The notes under the pieces are model-generated. The model was not told the origin of the DNA and searched no databases. It saw only the letters and a program-made list of their open reading frames with translations. The position numbers were made by a program, and so were the translations under genes. Positions 43,016 to 54,638 of a DNA stretch of 64,000 nucleotides are shown here, one piece after another. Positions within the stretch are counted from its first letter, which is position 1. Every line of letters starts with the position of its first letter. Source of the DNA: a bacterium (GTDB lineage: Bacteria; UBA8248); the NCBI GenBank assembly GCA_965200245.1, contig CBDATS010000004.1, positions 1,312,001 through 1,376,000 of the forward strand, in the 5' to 3' direction.

Positions 43016-44158
43016 TTACTTTTTGGTTCCCGAACCGAACACCTCGATGAATTCAGCCTTCCATTTCTTCACGTCCGCGGGCGTGACTTTGCTCCAGTCG
43101 GTCGGGATGACGTTAATCTTGTCGATGGGAGGTGCAAGGCCGTCTTTCGCCAGGATGATCTTGTTGATTTTCGGATCCTTGTGCGGCGGGAGCGGCCTGC
43201 CGGAATTCAGCGGATTATAGTTGAGGAGCATGTGGTGGCCTCTCACGCTCCGCCAGTAATCGACGAACAGCTTCGCCATGTTGGGGTTTTTCGCCTTCGC
43301 CATAATCACGGAACCGATGGGAAGTGCCACTACGCCTTCTTTGGGGTAGATGGGGTCCATCTTGACGCCGGCTTTCTTGGCGATCCAGTTGTGCCGGGCC
43401 ATGATAGTCGTTCCGAGCCAATACTCACCAGCCATGATGGAACGTCTCTGCGCCGACCCTCTCGCCATCACGCCGGCTCCGGCAGCGCTCAATTTCTGGA
43501 AGTAGCTCTTCGGCAACCGTTCACGGAGTCCCTTGTACCAAAGCGTGTACGTCTCGGATGGCCTCGCGTCGCCGACCAGCACCTTGCCCTTGAACTCGGG
43601 TCTGAGCAGGTCATACCAACTCGTCAGTTTTACGTCGCCCGCTAGGTCACGATTGACGGCCATGGTGTTGATCTGGGCATCGGACACCCAATACCCGTCG
43701 CCGTTCATGTTCGCCTTTTCGGCCAGGCTGTAATGCTTGTCTTCCGGCGAGACGTATTTCATCAAATGACCGCGCCGCTTCATCGAGTGCAGCCAGGAAG
43801 CCGCGGCGAGCACGACCACGTCGACGGAGAGCTTGTTCGCCTTGATTTCCTGCTCGAAACGCTTGATGAGCGTACCGGAACGTCTGTTGGCGAAACGGAA
43901 TTTCACGTTTGGCAGTCCATAGAGTTTCTTGAAGGCCTTTTCCATCGCCTTGGCCGCTTTCACGGGAGCGAGGTTCGTGGCCCAGGAGAAAGCTCCCTCC
44001 TTTCTGGCGCCTTCGATCAATTTCGCGACGCGGGCTTTTTCCGCGCCTTTCAACTCTTTCAGAATAGGTGCCTCTGCCGCGTGCGAAATCCCGCCGAGCG
44101 CAAACAACCCTGCCAAGAATATCGCCGTCAACAACGCGCAACTCCATCTCGTTTTCAT
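43016..44158 (-). CDS. ABC transporter substrate-binding protein
   Basis: signal peptide, SWYDLL.PEFKG, YPKEG, AKLFVD. Confidence 0.85.
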   Translation of the reverse strand: MKTRWSCALLTAIFLAGLFALGGISHAAEAPILKELKGAEKARVAKLIEGARKEGAFSWATNLAPVKAAKAMEKAFKKLYGLPNVKFRFANRRSGTLIKRFEQEIKANKLSVDVVVLAAASWLHSMKRRGHLMKYVSPEDKHYSLAEKANMNGDGYWVSDAQINTMAVNRDLAGDVKLTSWYDLLRPEFKGKVLVGDARPSETYTLWYKGLRERLPKSYFQKLSAAGAGVMARGSAQRRSIMAGEYWLGTTIMARHNWIAKKAGVKMDPIYPKEGVVALPIGSVIMAKAKNPNMAKLFVDYWRSVRGHHMLLNYNPLNSGRPLPPHKDPKINKIILAKDGLAPPIDKINVIPTDWSKVTPADVKKWKAEFIEVFGSGTKK

Positions 44159-44224
44159 CAACTTCTCTCCCAAATGATGAGTAAAAACAGGTATCGACGG
44201 GAGGCGTTCTGCCAGCGTCTCCCG

Positions 44225-45319
44225 CTAATCACGCAACACCACGCATCTTGAAGGTGAAATGTTCAAGGTGACGGGTTGACTGACTCGTATCTCTGTATCG
44301 CCACGAACGTGCACCCTCAATTCCAGACTGCCCGATTGAATCAGGCAATCCCAGGATTGTCCGAGATAGACAGCATCGCTCACCTGGCCCTCTAGAACGT
44401 TATTTTCATTCGCCCCGTTTTCTCCAAGCTCGATGTATTCGGGCCTTACGGTGACAAGCAGATCCGAACCGACTGGAATTTCACGCTCGATTCCTTTCGC
44501 GCAAAGGATTTTCGACTGAAGGGAGGGTACATCGACCCAAAGGCCTTTGCCGGCCTCCATTTCAGCGGCCTTTCCCTTGAGAATGTTCGTCACGCCGATG
44601 AAATCGGCGACAAAACTGTTGGCCGGCTCGTTGTATGTGGCGTGCGGGTCTCCTTCCTGTTGTATCCTGCCGTCTTTCATCACGATGATCCGATCGCTCA
44701 TGACCATGGCTTCGGCCTGATCGTGGGTGACGTAAATGGCCGTCAATCTGAGTTCCTTGATCAGGTTGGCCAACTCGATCCGCATCCGTTCGCGCAGCTT
44801 CGCATCAAGGTTGCTGAGGGGCTCATCGAAAAGGAGAACGCGGGGATTGTAGGCCAATGCGCGTGCGAGGGAGACTCGCTGTTGCTGGCCGCCGGAGAGC
44901 TTCGTGGCGTTTCTCTCTCCCAGGCGACTGAGGCCGACGAGATCGAGCGCTTTGGCAACTTTTTCGTTCACCTCCGCGCGGCTGGCCCCCTGGGCCTGAA
45001 TGCCATAGGCAACATTCTCGGCAACCGACATGTGAGGCCAGATGGCATAAGACTGAAAAACCATGCCGAGCCGCCGCTTTTCGGGCGGCAGGCAAACCCC
45101 GGTCCGGCTCGATGTAAACACCTCGTTCGCGATCAGGATATCACCCTCATCGGGTGTCTCGAGTCCCGCGATGCAGCGAAGCGTCGTCGTCTTTCCGCAT
45201 CCGCTCGGACCCAGCAAGGTCACGAATTCCCCTTCCCCCACAGTGAAGCTGACGTGATCCACCGCCAGTGTTTCCAAACCGAAGCGTTTCACCAAATCAT
45301 TTACGACCACTTCCGCCAT
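44225..45319 (-). CDS. ABC transporter ATP-binding protein (PotA/FbpC-like)
   Basis: GPSGCGKT, LSGGQQQR, DEPLSNLD, TOBE-like tail. Confidence 0.95.
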   Translation of the reverse strand: MAEVVVNDLVKRFGLETLAVDHVSFTVGEGEFVTLLGPSGCGKTTTLRCIAGLETPDEGDILIANEVFTSSRTGVCLPPEKRRLGMVFQSYAIWPHMSVAENVAYGIQAQGASRAEVNEKVAKALDLVGLSRLGERNATKLSGGQQQRVSLARALAYNPRVLLFDEPLSNLDAKLRERMRIELANLIKELRLTAIYVTHDQAEAMVMSDRIIVMKDGRIQQEGDPHATYNEPANSFVADFIGVTNILKGKAAEMEAGKGLWVDVPSLQSKILCAKGIEREIPVGSDLLVTVRPEYIELGENGANENNVLEGQVSDAVYLGQSWDCLIQSGSLELRVHVRGDTEIRVSQPVTLNISPSRCVVLRD

Positions 45320-45405
45320 GGAAAAACCCTATTCATGAATTTCGTTTATAAGTATTGCGTTCCAGCCTATTTCATTTCCGTCAATAATGTAAGTCGCGCG
45401 CGTAT

Positions 45406-47061
45406 TTAATTTGCAGAGTGGCCGATGGACACGTTCGTTTGTCCTGTTTTGTGCGGAATCAACCGGAACCCCTCGTATCCCGCTTCCACGATTCTGGCGC
45501 ATTTTTCTGAATAGGCGGCGAACCCGGCGATGTAGGGCATGAAGACGCGCGGCTTGCCCGGTATGTTCGCACCCAGATACCAGGAAGTGCACTTGTAACG
45601 AATCGTCTTGGCGGTTTCCTCGTTGTTGTGCGCCACCCAGGCGTCTTCCGCCTCTACGGAAGCCTCGATGGATTTCATCCCGTTTTCTCGCAAATGCACG
45701 AGACACGCGCCTATCCACTCGACGTGATGGTCAATGGAAGTCTGCATGTTCGTCAGCACCGAAGGGCTTCCTGGACCGGTGATGGTGAACAGGTTCGGAA
45801 AGCCCGCCGTCATCAGGCCAAGGTACGTGCGGGGGCCTTCTTTCCATTTGTCCTGCAGGGTGCGTCCGCCGCGCCCTCTGATATCGATTCTGAGCAAGGT
45901 CCCCGTCATGGCGTCGAACCCCGTGGCCAGGATGAGCATGTCGATGTCATAGACCCGCCCGGCTGTCATCACCCCCTCGGGCGTAATCCTCTCGATAGGC
46001 GATCCACTGACATCGATCAGGTGCACGTTCGAACGGTTGTAGGTCTCGTAATACTCCGTCACCACGCAAAGACGCTTGCATCCGATGACCGTCGTGGGGC
46101 AAAGCAATTCCGCTGTTTCGGGGTCTTTCACGACCGAGCGAATCTTGTTGCGCACGAAATCGCCCGCCGTCTGGTTCGCCTCCTCGCTGTAGCGCAAATC
46201 CGTGAAGGCGGAGAGGAAGGGCAGCCCCCCGTGTGCCCAGCGTTTCTCGAATTCGCGCTCGCGTTCTTCTTCGCTGACCTCCAGGGTCTCCTGCTCGCCA
46301 AAAGTCTGATCGAATCCCGTCGCTGAACGCTTGGCTCTCGCCCTGATTTGCGGGTAGTTCGCCTTCACCTCGCGCTCGCGTTCCTCACTGAGGGGGCCGT
46401 TGTGCGCCGGCACGGCATAGTGCGCCGTTCTTTGAAAAACGAACACTTCGTCCGCCTCGCGCGCGATGATGGGAATCGACTGCATGGCGGATGAACCCGT
46501 GCCGATGACGCCCACGCGCTTGCCCGAGAAATCCACCTTTTCATGTGGCCAGAGACCCGTGTGGTAAACGGGGCCGTCGAAATCACCCAGGCCCTCGAAA
46601 GCCGGTAAGTTGGGAGAGGAGAGACATCCGGTGGCCATCACGCAGAAGCTGGCCGTAATTCGCTCACCGGTGCCCGTCTCGACAATCCAGTGGCTGGCCT
46701 CCTCGTCGAATACGGCGGAGGCGATTCGCGTGTTGAATACAATGTCCCTTCTCAAATCGAAGCGCTCGGCCACGTGGTTGATATAGCGCAGAATCTCGGG
46801 CTGGCTCGCGTAGCGTTCGCTCCAGGCCCATTCCTGCTGGAGTCCTTCGGAGAACTGATAGGAATACTGGACACTCTCCGTGTCGCATCGCGCGCCCGGG
46901 TAGCGATTCCAGTACCAGGTGCCGCCCACGTCGCCGCCTGCCTCGTAGACGCGCGCCCTGAAACCGCGCGTGCGCATCCTGTAGAGCATGAAAAGCCCGG
47001 CGACGCCTGCGCCGACAATAAGAACGTCCAGGTCCGCTTTCGACTCGTTACTCAACCCCAA
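45406..47061 (-). CDS. Baeyer-Villiger monooxygenase (cyclohexanone/phenylacetone monooxygenase-like)
   Basis: GGTWYWNRYPGARCD, FxGxxxHxxxW fingerprint, GTGSS, ATGFD. Confidence 0.93.
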   Translation of the reverse strand: MGLSNESKADLDVLIVGAGVAGLFMLYRMRTRGFRARVYEAGGDVGGTWYWNRYPGARCDTESVQYSYQFSEGLQQEWAWSERYASQPEILRYINHVAERFDLRRDIVFNTRIASAVFDEEASHWIVETGTGERITASFCVMATGCLSSPNLPAFEGLGDFDGPVYHTGLWPHEKVDFSGKRVGVIGTGSSAMQSIPIIAREADEVFVFQRTAHYAVPAHNGPLSEEREREVKANYPQIRARAKRSATGFDQTFGEQETLEVSEEEREREFEKRWAHGGLPFLSAFTDLRYSEEANQTAGDFVRNKIRSVVKDPETAELLCPTTVIGCKRLCVVTEYYETYNRSNVHLIDVSGSPIERITPEGVMTAGRVYDIDMLILATGFDAMTGTLLRIDIRGRGGRTLQDKWKEGPRTYLGLMTAGFPNLFTITGPGSPSVLTNMQTSIDHHVEWIGACLVHLRENGMKSIEASVEAEDAWVAHNNEETAKTIRYKCTSWYLGANIPGKPRVFMPYIAGFAAYSEKCARIVEAGYEGFRLIPHKTGQTNVSIGHSAN

Positions 47062-47171
47062 GACCTCTTTGTTTTCGCCCGTTTTTCCGGTAATCGGAAG
47101 CAGCGCATGTTTTCATTGGTTTATCGATATCTTCAGGAATTCATTGGGTGAGAAGCGCCGGATTTCGCGCC

Positions 47172-47525
47172 CTAGTGTTCATAGGCCCTGGTGGCGCTCA
47201 CGGGAATCATGCAGACGAACTCCATGGTCTCGCCTGAATCGTTGTGGAAGGTGTGATTCTCACCCGGAGCGACGAAAACAGCCGAACCCGGCGCGATGGT
47301 CCGCGTCTCGCCCTCGACGATCACTCGACCCTCGCCTTTCAGCATGAACACCTGGTGCTCCCAGGGGTGGGAATGGTCGGGCGTCTGACCGCCCGCTTCA
47401 ATCTCTATGACCCGCATCGCCATTTCGGTCTCGCCGTCGCGTTCGCTGAGCAGCCAGCGGATTCCGGTACCCTTGGCTGCCTTCTCGGCCTTTAGTTCCG
47501 CGTCCTTGTAGTTCATCACTTTCAT
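47172..47525 (-). CDS. cupin domain protein
   Basis: PDHSHPWEHQVF...PGENHTF. Confidence 0.85.
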   Translation of the reverse strand: MKVMNYKDAELKAEKAAKGTGIRWLLSERDGETEMAMRVIEIEAGGQTPDHSHPWEHQVFMLKGEGRVIVEGETRTIAPGSAVFVAPGENHTFHNDSGETMEFVCMIPVSATRAYEH

Positions 47526-47821
47526 AGCGTCACGCCTCGCGTAGTTTGGTTCTGCACTCGACCTTACAACTGGAATATGCCGAATCATACCACATCCGGT
47601 CCTGCGAGTGTCAAAACCCCCTCTCCCTGCACCGCGCGCGCGTTTTTTCCACAATACGCTGCAACCCCGTCTCCGGTGCTTCGAGTTTCTTGATCAAAGT
47701 GTTCCGGAAGCGCTCAATCTCCTTCCGATTGTCAGCGTCCTGTGAGTCATGTCACTTCAATTTCGCGCAGCGTTCAATCGTTTCAATAACGCCGTCGGAG
47801 GTCGTCTATGGCAATCCGAAC

Positions 47822-48196
47822 ATGCAGGAAGTCAGCATTATTGTCATATCCATGTGTCTCGATGACCACGGGCCGCCTCACTGCCATGCGTTATATAGTG
47901 GAGATGAAATTCGAGTGGGGCTCGACACCCTCTCGATACCGCAGGGCAGGTTTCTCCTGCGTGCCCGAGGTCCCCTGACCGAATGGACATCCATTCATCA
48001 GGTCATCAGGCAGAACTCCGCGAAGCATGGGACCGGGCACAAAAGCTGGAGGCTCCCCGAAAGATTGCTCTCCTGGAATAATCCAGGGTGGAAGACAGTT
48101 CGAATTCGAAGAGACTCGGAAGTGTACTGTCTAATTTGGGAGCTTGCATCAGGGGAATTCCATGTCAGGGATGACAGGCGACTTGCCCATCGGTGA
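47822..48196 (+). pseudogene. DUF4160-like toxin-antitoxin remnant
   Basis: DHGPPHCHALYSG...EWTSIHQ resembles DUF4160; degenerate. Confidence 0.5.
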
Positions 48197-48552
48197 AGCA
48201 TGAGCGACAAGAATCTCTCGCTCCGATCCGGGCCCCATCGGGAAAGCCACGGAAATCCGGTTCGTTCCGGTCGGATGCCCCGTCCATGGCCCTGTTCAGG
48301 GGAGCCTGTCCTTTTTCCCGTACAGAGTCCCCCATCATTCCCTGCCCGATCCGCTCTTGCCCTTGCCCTGCAGCGGGTAACGAATTAGTATTATTCATCA
48401 TCAGTTATCAGGGTTTGACCTGCGGCGTCCTCGGGAAACGTGGTCGCCGCCCGCCAACGGGGAGAGATGCAACATGCTCGGAATCAGGGATTTCTTCCGT
48501 ATTTTGAACTTGACAAGCCCGGCAGGATCGACGTACCGACGCGGAGTGTGTC

Positions 48553-50813
48553 ATGAGGGGGCCGGCCGGATGGCGGCACGGGACAAGCCGCCGGGTCTCC
48601 CCGCCTGAATCCTGTTCTTCCCCTCCCGCCGGTGGACGTTCCGCTTCCCGCAGTCGCGCGTCTTCCATCAGGGCTTTCGGTTCCTGTGTCCTGGCCGTTC
48701 TCCTGCTGACCTTCCTGCTCGCCGGCCCGGCCGCCGCAAACAACGAATGCGGCGACCCGCCCAACACTGGCGACCCCAGAGTCATCACCTGCGACGGAGA
48801 CGACCAGACCAACGCCGCTGGCGGCATCGAATGCCAGTTCGGCGACAACAACCAGGCCGACGCCAACGACTACACCATCATGGTCAAGGCAAAGTCAGGC
48901 GGCACCGGCCTCGACATCGACACGACGGCCGACGATACCAGCGGCGTTCTTGGAGAACACGGATCGACCGGCAACCTCACCATCGAGATGTCCGCGGCGA
49001 CATCGAGACTACAGGGAAGAACGCCCACGGCGTCCACGGGAGACACGACGGCACCGGTGAGCGCAAAATCTCCATCAGCATGTCCGGCGGGAACATCAAG
49101 ACCGGGACCGGGAGTGGCCAGGATACCGGGCGATTTGCTTTGGGTCTCTATGGAGAAACCGCAAGCAACAACTCCGGCAACCTGTCCATCACCATGTCCG
49201 GCGGCACTATCGAGACCGGGTTCGGGGACGGCACGGGAGCAGGCCATGGCGCCGCCGGCATCTATGCCAAGAAAATCGGCACGGGCATGTCCACCGTCAC
49301 CCTGTCGGGCGGCGACATCCATACCAAAAATAGCAAGGCCCACGGAATTTTTGGCACGGCCAATTACACAAAGCAGGGCCGTTTTACCGTCCACGTTCCC
49401 ACGGGCACCGTGGATATCGGTATGACCGGCGGCAGCATCACGACTTCCGGAAGCGGCGCCCGCGGCATCTACGCGCAGCACGAGGGTACCGGTGCTTTCG
49501 ACCCCGTCGTGGTCGAGGACAGCACGATCTCCGCAGCCCAGGCGGAAGCGATCTATCTCGAGGCCGACCCCGCCAAGACCCTGAGGCTCAGGAACAGTTC
49601 GATCTCAACTGGCGCCACCTCCGGCAACGCGATCGGGTTCAGCGGCAACACCGACGACACCCTGACGGTCCTGGGACATGAGGACGCTGGCATGACGGCC
49701 ACGACCACGATCCGGGGCGATGTGGCGTTCGGCGGCGGCAGCGACACGCTTGTCTTCAGTACCTGCCGGGAGGCCGATATCAGCGAGAACACTGCCTGCG
49801 AGGAGCAGACAGCCAGCGCGGGCGATCTCACCCTGAGCCATACCACCGGGATGTTTACCGGGCTGGAGAGCATCCGCAAGATCGGCTCGGGCACAGCTCG
49901 GCTGACCGATCTGGGCGCGGCGGGTGCGATGATGTCGCTGGAGGACGGCGACCTGCGCCTGACGGAGGCCGTCCTGGAGGGGTATCCGGTGCGCAGGGGA
50001 AGCGGTCCGGACGGGCGTTCGGTGAGGTTCGGGCTCCGCGGGGGTTCCGGAACCCGCGCCGTCTCCCTCGACATGGACCTGCGTCTCGGGGCGTCGGTGG
50101 CCCCCCTCGCCGAGGCGTTCTCGGATTCCCGGGACGAATCGGCCGAGGTCGAGCTCACGGGCGAGGTCTACGCGGCCGGTCTGGGCTGGCGGGGAGACGC
50201 GTTTTTCTCCGACGTGGCGCTCGCCCACGGCCGCTCGCGCGTATCATCACGGACGCTGGAGGCCACTGGCCTGTTCAGGGGCTCGTTCGACGTGAAGCAG
50301 ACCCATGCCGAAGCGAGGGCAGGTCGGCTGTTCCCCGCCGGAGGCATGCGCATCACCCCGTCGGTGTCGGTGTTCGCCGGTTCCCTGGACCACGGGGGCC
50401 ACACGGCGGAGGGCGCGGTGATGAGGGCCGAGATCCCGGGCTACTCGCAGGACTACCGGGGATGTCGGGCCGGGGTGGAGGTCGCGACGGCGGAGTGGCT
50501 GGAACTCTCCCCCGCGCTGCGCTGGCGGCCCGACCTGCAACTGGATCTGGCACACACCACGACGGACGGACCGGAGACGCTGACGGTGCGCAAGGCGGAC
50601 CATGCCGGGGTCATAAGCTTCCCCGAGAAAAAACGGGTGATCGGCGTGCCCCGGGAGGCGTTCCGCCTCGGTCTGGGCGTCACGCTGAAAGGCAGTTCGG
50701 ATGCCTGGAGCCTGCGCCTCGGTTACCGGGGAGAATGGACCGGCGGCGAGGACGAATGGGCCGGCCGTGAGGACGAACATTCCGTGCAGGCGGGCTTCTC
50801 GATACGGTTCTAG
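48553..50813 (+). pseudogene. autotransporter/adhesin-like protein, copy 2
   Basis: signal LLLTFLLAGPAAA; 1-nt deletion ~48994 (ATGTCCGCGGC vs repeat consensus ATGTCCGGCGGC); MSGGxIxTG repeats; GFSIRF end. Confidence 0.78.
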
Positions 50814-50958
50814 AACCACTTCCCGACAGCCCGGCAGTCCCCGTGACTGCCGGGCTGTCGGGCGGGGCAGTGGATCCCGGTCGGGCCCGAGGCGAAGCAC
50901 CGACCGGGAAACGTCTTTCGGGCAGCACGCAACCCCTCCCCGTAACAGGTTAACCTGG
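49703..50958 (+). repeat. 1,256-bp direct repeat, copy 2
   Basis: matches 20605-21860. Confidence 0.95.
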
Positions 50959-51261
50959 GTGTTCCCGGCGGAGAGCAGATGCCGCTACCCGGACCCAGGT
51001 CCGTCGCCGACTCGGTACACAACCTCTAGGTGCGCGCGATACGAAAGGCTTGGCCGTATGATAACTGCATGGACGAGGGGAAGCGCCGCGTGGACGTCAC
51101 TTCTTGTTTCGGAATGTGTTTGTTCATCGACGCGAATGTGGACGCGGTGTTGGGTGCGATAGAGGCAATGGGGCTTTCGGGTCACACCCGCATCAAGGGG
51201 GAAGGGAATTTTCCACGGCCCGCAATTCGCGGATTGGCGGTGACGAAATGCGCAGAAGCCT

Positions 51262-51864
51262 TTAGTCCGACTTCTCCCAATAAAGCCAGAGGCCGTGTTC
51301 GGACGCGATACGGAAAGAGCCGAGTGCCGTATTTTCAGCGATTTGGCGAACATCGGCGCGCGAGAGTCGCTTCTTGCCGGGGTGGTCGTTCAGCGCGCGC
51401 GCCTCGGGCAGGAGCGATTCGATGAGTGCATTCGACGCCCCTGCCCCGAACCCGCCACCATGCGCGCCCATCCCACCGGGCCTCAAGACGCGGTTCATTT
51501 CGGCGACGATTCTCTCCTGGTCGTCCCAGAAGAATAGTCCGCCCCGGAATATGACGAGATCGAAAGAGGCCGCATCGAACGGAAGGTTGTATTTGTCAAC
51601 AGGTTCCACGCGAAACCGCGCGGACATGTCTGCCTCTGCTATGGTCTCGGTGATATAGTCGCTCAGGGCCTGTGTGTCGTCTCCGCAGACGAAGAGCATC
51701 CCGGGGCAGCGCTCTGCCAAGGCAATCGCCACGCCCGGGCCGTAAGGGCCGATTTCCAGGACGTCGCCCGTGTCACGCCCGTATTCGGCGTGAATCTCCA
51801 TCGCCGCGTAGGGATAAAAAGGCTGAAAATGAGCGTTTACGGCGCGAATCAACTCGAAATCCAT
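51262..51864 (-). CDS. class I SAM-dependent methyltransferase
   Basis: VLEIGP, LPFDAASFDLV, RVLRPGG. Confidence 0.85.
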   Translation of the reverse strand: MDFELIRAVNAHFQPFYPYAAMEIHAEYGRDTGDVLEIGPYGPGVAIALAERCPGMLFVCGDDTQALSDYITETIAEADMSARFRVEPVDKYNLPFDAASFDLVIFRGGLFFWDDQERIVAEMNRVLRPGGMGAHGGGFGAGASNALIESLLPEARALNDHPGKKRLSRADVRQIAENTALGSFRIASEHGLWLYWEKSD

Positions 51865-52062
51865 GCGTGCTGTTCTCTCTTCGTTTGGATGCGCCGCTCC
51901 TGAAAGCAACGGCTGGATAAAAGTCTTCGCAGGGATGATATACCAATCGCGAAGCGTTTACGAAACCCGGTGCATCGGGCGCAAAACCTCATTTTCAAAA
52001 CGCCCCGTCTGCGATATTCTGCGGCCCAATCAGGGAAAAGCCCGACTGGTTCAGGAGACCCC

Positions 52063-53103
52063 ATGGAAGCGGCAAGCGAAGCAGCGGATGTCTATGAAGC
52101 AATAGAGACGTATCACGAAAAAGGCTGGACAGACGGTCTGCCCGTGATTCCCCCGACGCCCGAACTCGTAGAATGCTTTCTGGAGGCTTCGGGTCTGGAT
52201 GCCGATGACGTCGTTTTTCATCTGGCGGAGCGAAAAAGAACCGTCCGGAACGGGAAAGTAGTCTTGAACGCCATCATGGCGGGGTGTTTGCCCTCCTACA
52301 TGCCCGTCATTCTGGCTGCGCTCGAAGCTATGGCCGATCCGGCCTACAACCTTCACTCAAGTGCCACGAGCACGGGCGGGGCGGCCCCCTTCATGGTCGT
52401 AAACGGCCCGATTCGCCACGAGATAGGCCTCAACATGCATGGGAACATATACGGGCCGGGCAACCGCGCCGGTGCGACGATAGGACGCGTGCTCAGGCTC
52501 ATCATCATTAACTGCCTGGGATCGAAGCCGGGTCTTCTGGATCGCTCCACCCAGGGAAACCCGGGCAAGTACAGCTTCACATTTGCGGAATGGGAGGAAA
52601 CGAGTCCCTGGGAACCCTTGAACCTCGAACTCGGATATCCTGCCGAAACGAGCACGGTGACGCTTCTCGCGGCCGAAGGTCCGCACAACATACAGAACCA
52701 TTACGGCAAGGGGAGAGGAATCGCCGAAACCGCCGCCGCCACCATGGCGAGTCTGGGAAGTATGAGCGAGGGGCAATCCTTTTTTGTTTTCGCGCCCGAG
52801 CATGCGCATCTTCTGGGAGAGGAATTCCCCGTGAAAAGAGAATTGAAGGACTATTTGTTCGAGAACGCGATTCTCCCCCTGGATCAGCTCCTTCGCACGG
52901 GAAAGCTCGACAGGCCCATCGACGCCGATGAGAACGGTAACGTACGCCACGCGCTCAAGCCCGAAGACATATACATCGTTGTCGCAGGAGGCGAGGCTGG
53001 CGGACATTCCTCCTGGGTTCCCTCCTGGAGCAGGAGGCGGAACGGAGAAGCCGTCACCCGCCCGGTACTGAACGCGGTCGAGCGGCGCGAATCTCGCGGT
53101 TGA
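52063..53103 (+). CDS. conserved protein of unknown function upstream of the UGSC-type selenoprotein
   Basis: GWTDGLPVIPPT, MAGC, GPGNRA..TIGR, GNPGKY; AGGAG RBS. Confidence 0.75.
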   Translation: MEAASEAADVYEAIETYHEKGWTDGLPVIPPTPELVECFLEASGLDADDVVFHLAERKRTVRNGKVVLNAIMAGCLPSYMPVILAALEAMADPAYNLHSSATSTGGAAPFMVVNGPIRHEIGLNMHGNIYGPGNRAGATIGRVLRLIIINCLGSKPGLLDRSTQGNPGKYSFTFAEWEETSPWEPLNLELGYPAETSTVTLLAAEGPHNIQNHYGKGRGIAETAAATMASLGSMSEGQSFFVFAPEHAHLLGEEFPVKRELKDYLFENAILPLDQLLRTGKLDRPIDADENGNVRHALKPEDIYIVVAGGEAGGHSSWVPSWSRRRNGEAVTRPVLNAVERRESRG

Positions 53104-53189
53104 AAAAAGTACAGGAGCGGGGATTGACCCATGGGAAACGAGACTGGAAATTGTCTGTGCACTGATTCATACCCGGAAGGAGGTTTTCG

Positions 53190-53735
53190 ATGAACCCCGT
53201 AGTGGAGACGGCGATACCGATTTACGATCCGACAGTGGAACCAGTGATCGAAACCGAAGAACGCACAAATCGCGACGGCGCGCTCGCGGGAAAACGCATC
53301 GGCCTGCTCTGGAACTCTAAGGTGGGTGCGGACAAACTCATGCGTTACATTCTGGATGAGTTGCGGACGGACGGCGCGGATCCCGACCTCGCCGTAGAAC
53401 TGTCGAAAGAATACGACACCCGTCCGGCGAAGCCCGAGGTGTATGCGGAAATGGCCGAGAAATGCGACCTTGCCATCACCGCGGTGGGTGACTGAGGGTC
53501 CTGTTCTTCGTGCAGTGTGCACGATGGAATCGAGCTTGAAAAAAAAGGCGTTCCCACGGCCGTCATCTGTACCGAGCCCTTCCGCCCCACGGTCGAAATG
53601 GTCTCCAGGGTGCGCGGTATGCCGGATTATCCTGTGGCTTATATCCCCCATCCGGTTGGCAGTCTCACGGACGAGCAACTCCGGGGCCGCGCGAGAGACA
53701 TCGCTCCCACGATCAGGACGCTTCTTACGGGCTGA
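53190..53735 (+). CDS. UGSC-family selenoprotein (Sec at TGA 53493-53495)
   Basis: in-frame GD-U-GSCSSCSVHDG joins two same-frame ORFs; downstream hairpin. Confidence 0.85.
53504..53529 (+). promoter_or_regulatory. SECIS-like stem-loop
   Basis: TCGTGCA-GTG-TGCACGA separated from the TGA by 12 nt, extended by TTC/GAA. Confidence 0.7.
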
Positions 53736-53756
53736 GCCACGCCTGAAACCGGCTCG

Positions 53757-54638
53757 CTACATCGCTTTCAGGGCAATTATCGCTCCTCCAGCGACCACAC
53801 AGACTGTACCAAACAGGATGGGGAGCGTGATTCGTTCCATATCGCGCAAGAATATCCAGGTGTACAAAAGAGCGAAAAGCGGCGCGGTGGATGAAAGCGG
53901 CGATACAACCGAAATGTCGCCATACTTCAAAGCGGCGAAATGACTCAAGAACGCCAGCGTGTTAATGAGTCCGCAGGGGCCATAGAAGTGCCAGGCCTTT
54001 CCCCATTTGAGTGAGGGACGCAGGGGTTTTGGCAGGAACCATAATACCGCGAACAGCGCGACGAACCCGAAAACACTGGTGAGCGTGATGCCGAGCAGTG
54101 CAGATGGAACGATCTCGATGCCGATTTTTCTGAAAATGTTCGACGTGGAAAATCCCAAAACAGACAGTAACGGCAACCAGATGGCGCGCCTGTCCCAGCG
54201 AACGTCGCTCTTGCGCTGATAGGTAATCCCCCCACACCCCAGCACGACAAGGAAAATCCCGGCCCAGACGTATGTCCCCGGCCGTTCACCAAGGAAAATA
54301 TAGGCGAAACAGGCTGAAAAAAGCGGATTGGCGGCCAGGAGGGGAACTGCACGCGATACGCCCAGGCGATGTATGGCCTGGAACATGAATACGCGGCCGA
54401 GCGAAGGCCCCGTGATGCCTGACAGGAAAAACCAGAACCAGGCTTCCGAACTCCAGTAGGAAGGCTCCCAGGTGAGGATCGTGAGCGCTATCAGCCATGG
54501 GATGTTTACTATCAAGCCAATGACGACGCCTGTCATGGCCGTACCGTGTTGCTGCCCCCGTCTGGCAATGAGGCTGAAGGCTGAGGACATGGACGCGGTG
54601 CCCAGGGCGAACCCCGCCGCCAGCAACGTATCGTTCAT
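53757..54638 (-). CDS. DMT/EamA family transporter
   Basis: about 10 TM helices, two EamA repeats, FLGER. Confidence 0.88.
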   Translation of the reverse strand: MNDTLLAAGFALGTASMSSAFSLIARRGQQHGTAMTGVVIGLIVNIPWLIALTILTWEPSYWSSEAWFWFFLSGITGPSLGRVFMFQAIHRLGVSRAVPLLAANPLFSACFAYIFLGERPGTYVWAGIFLVVLGCGGITYQRKSDVRWDRRAIWLPLLSVLGFSTSNIFRKIGIEIVPSALLGITLTSVFGFVALFAVLWFLPKPLRPSLKWGKAWHFYGPCGLINTLAFLSHFAALKYGDISVVSPLSSTAPLFALLYTWIFLRDMERITLPILFGTVCVVAGGAIIALKAM

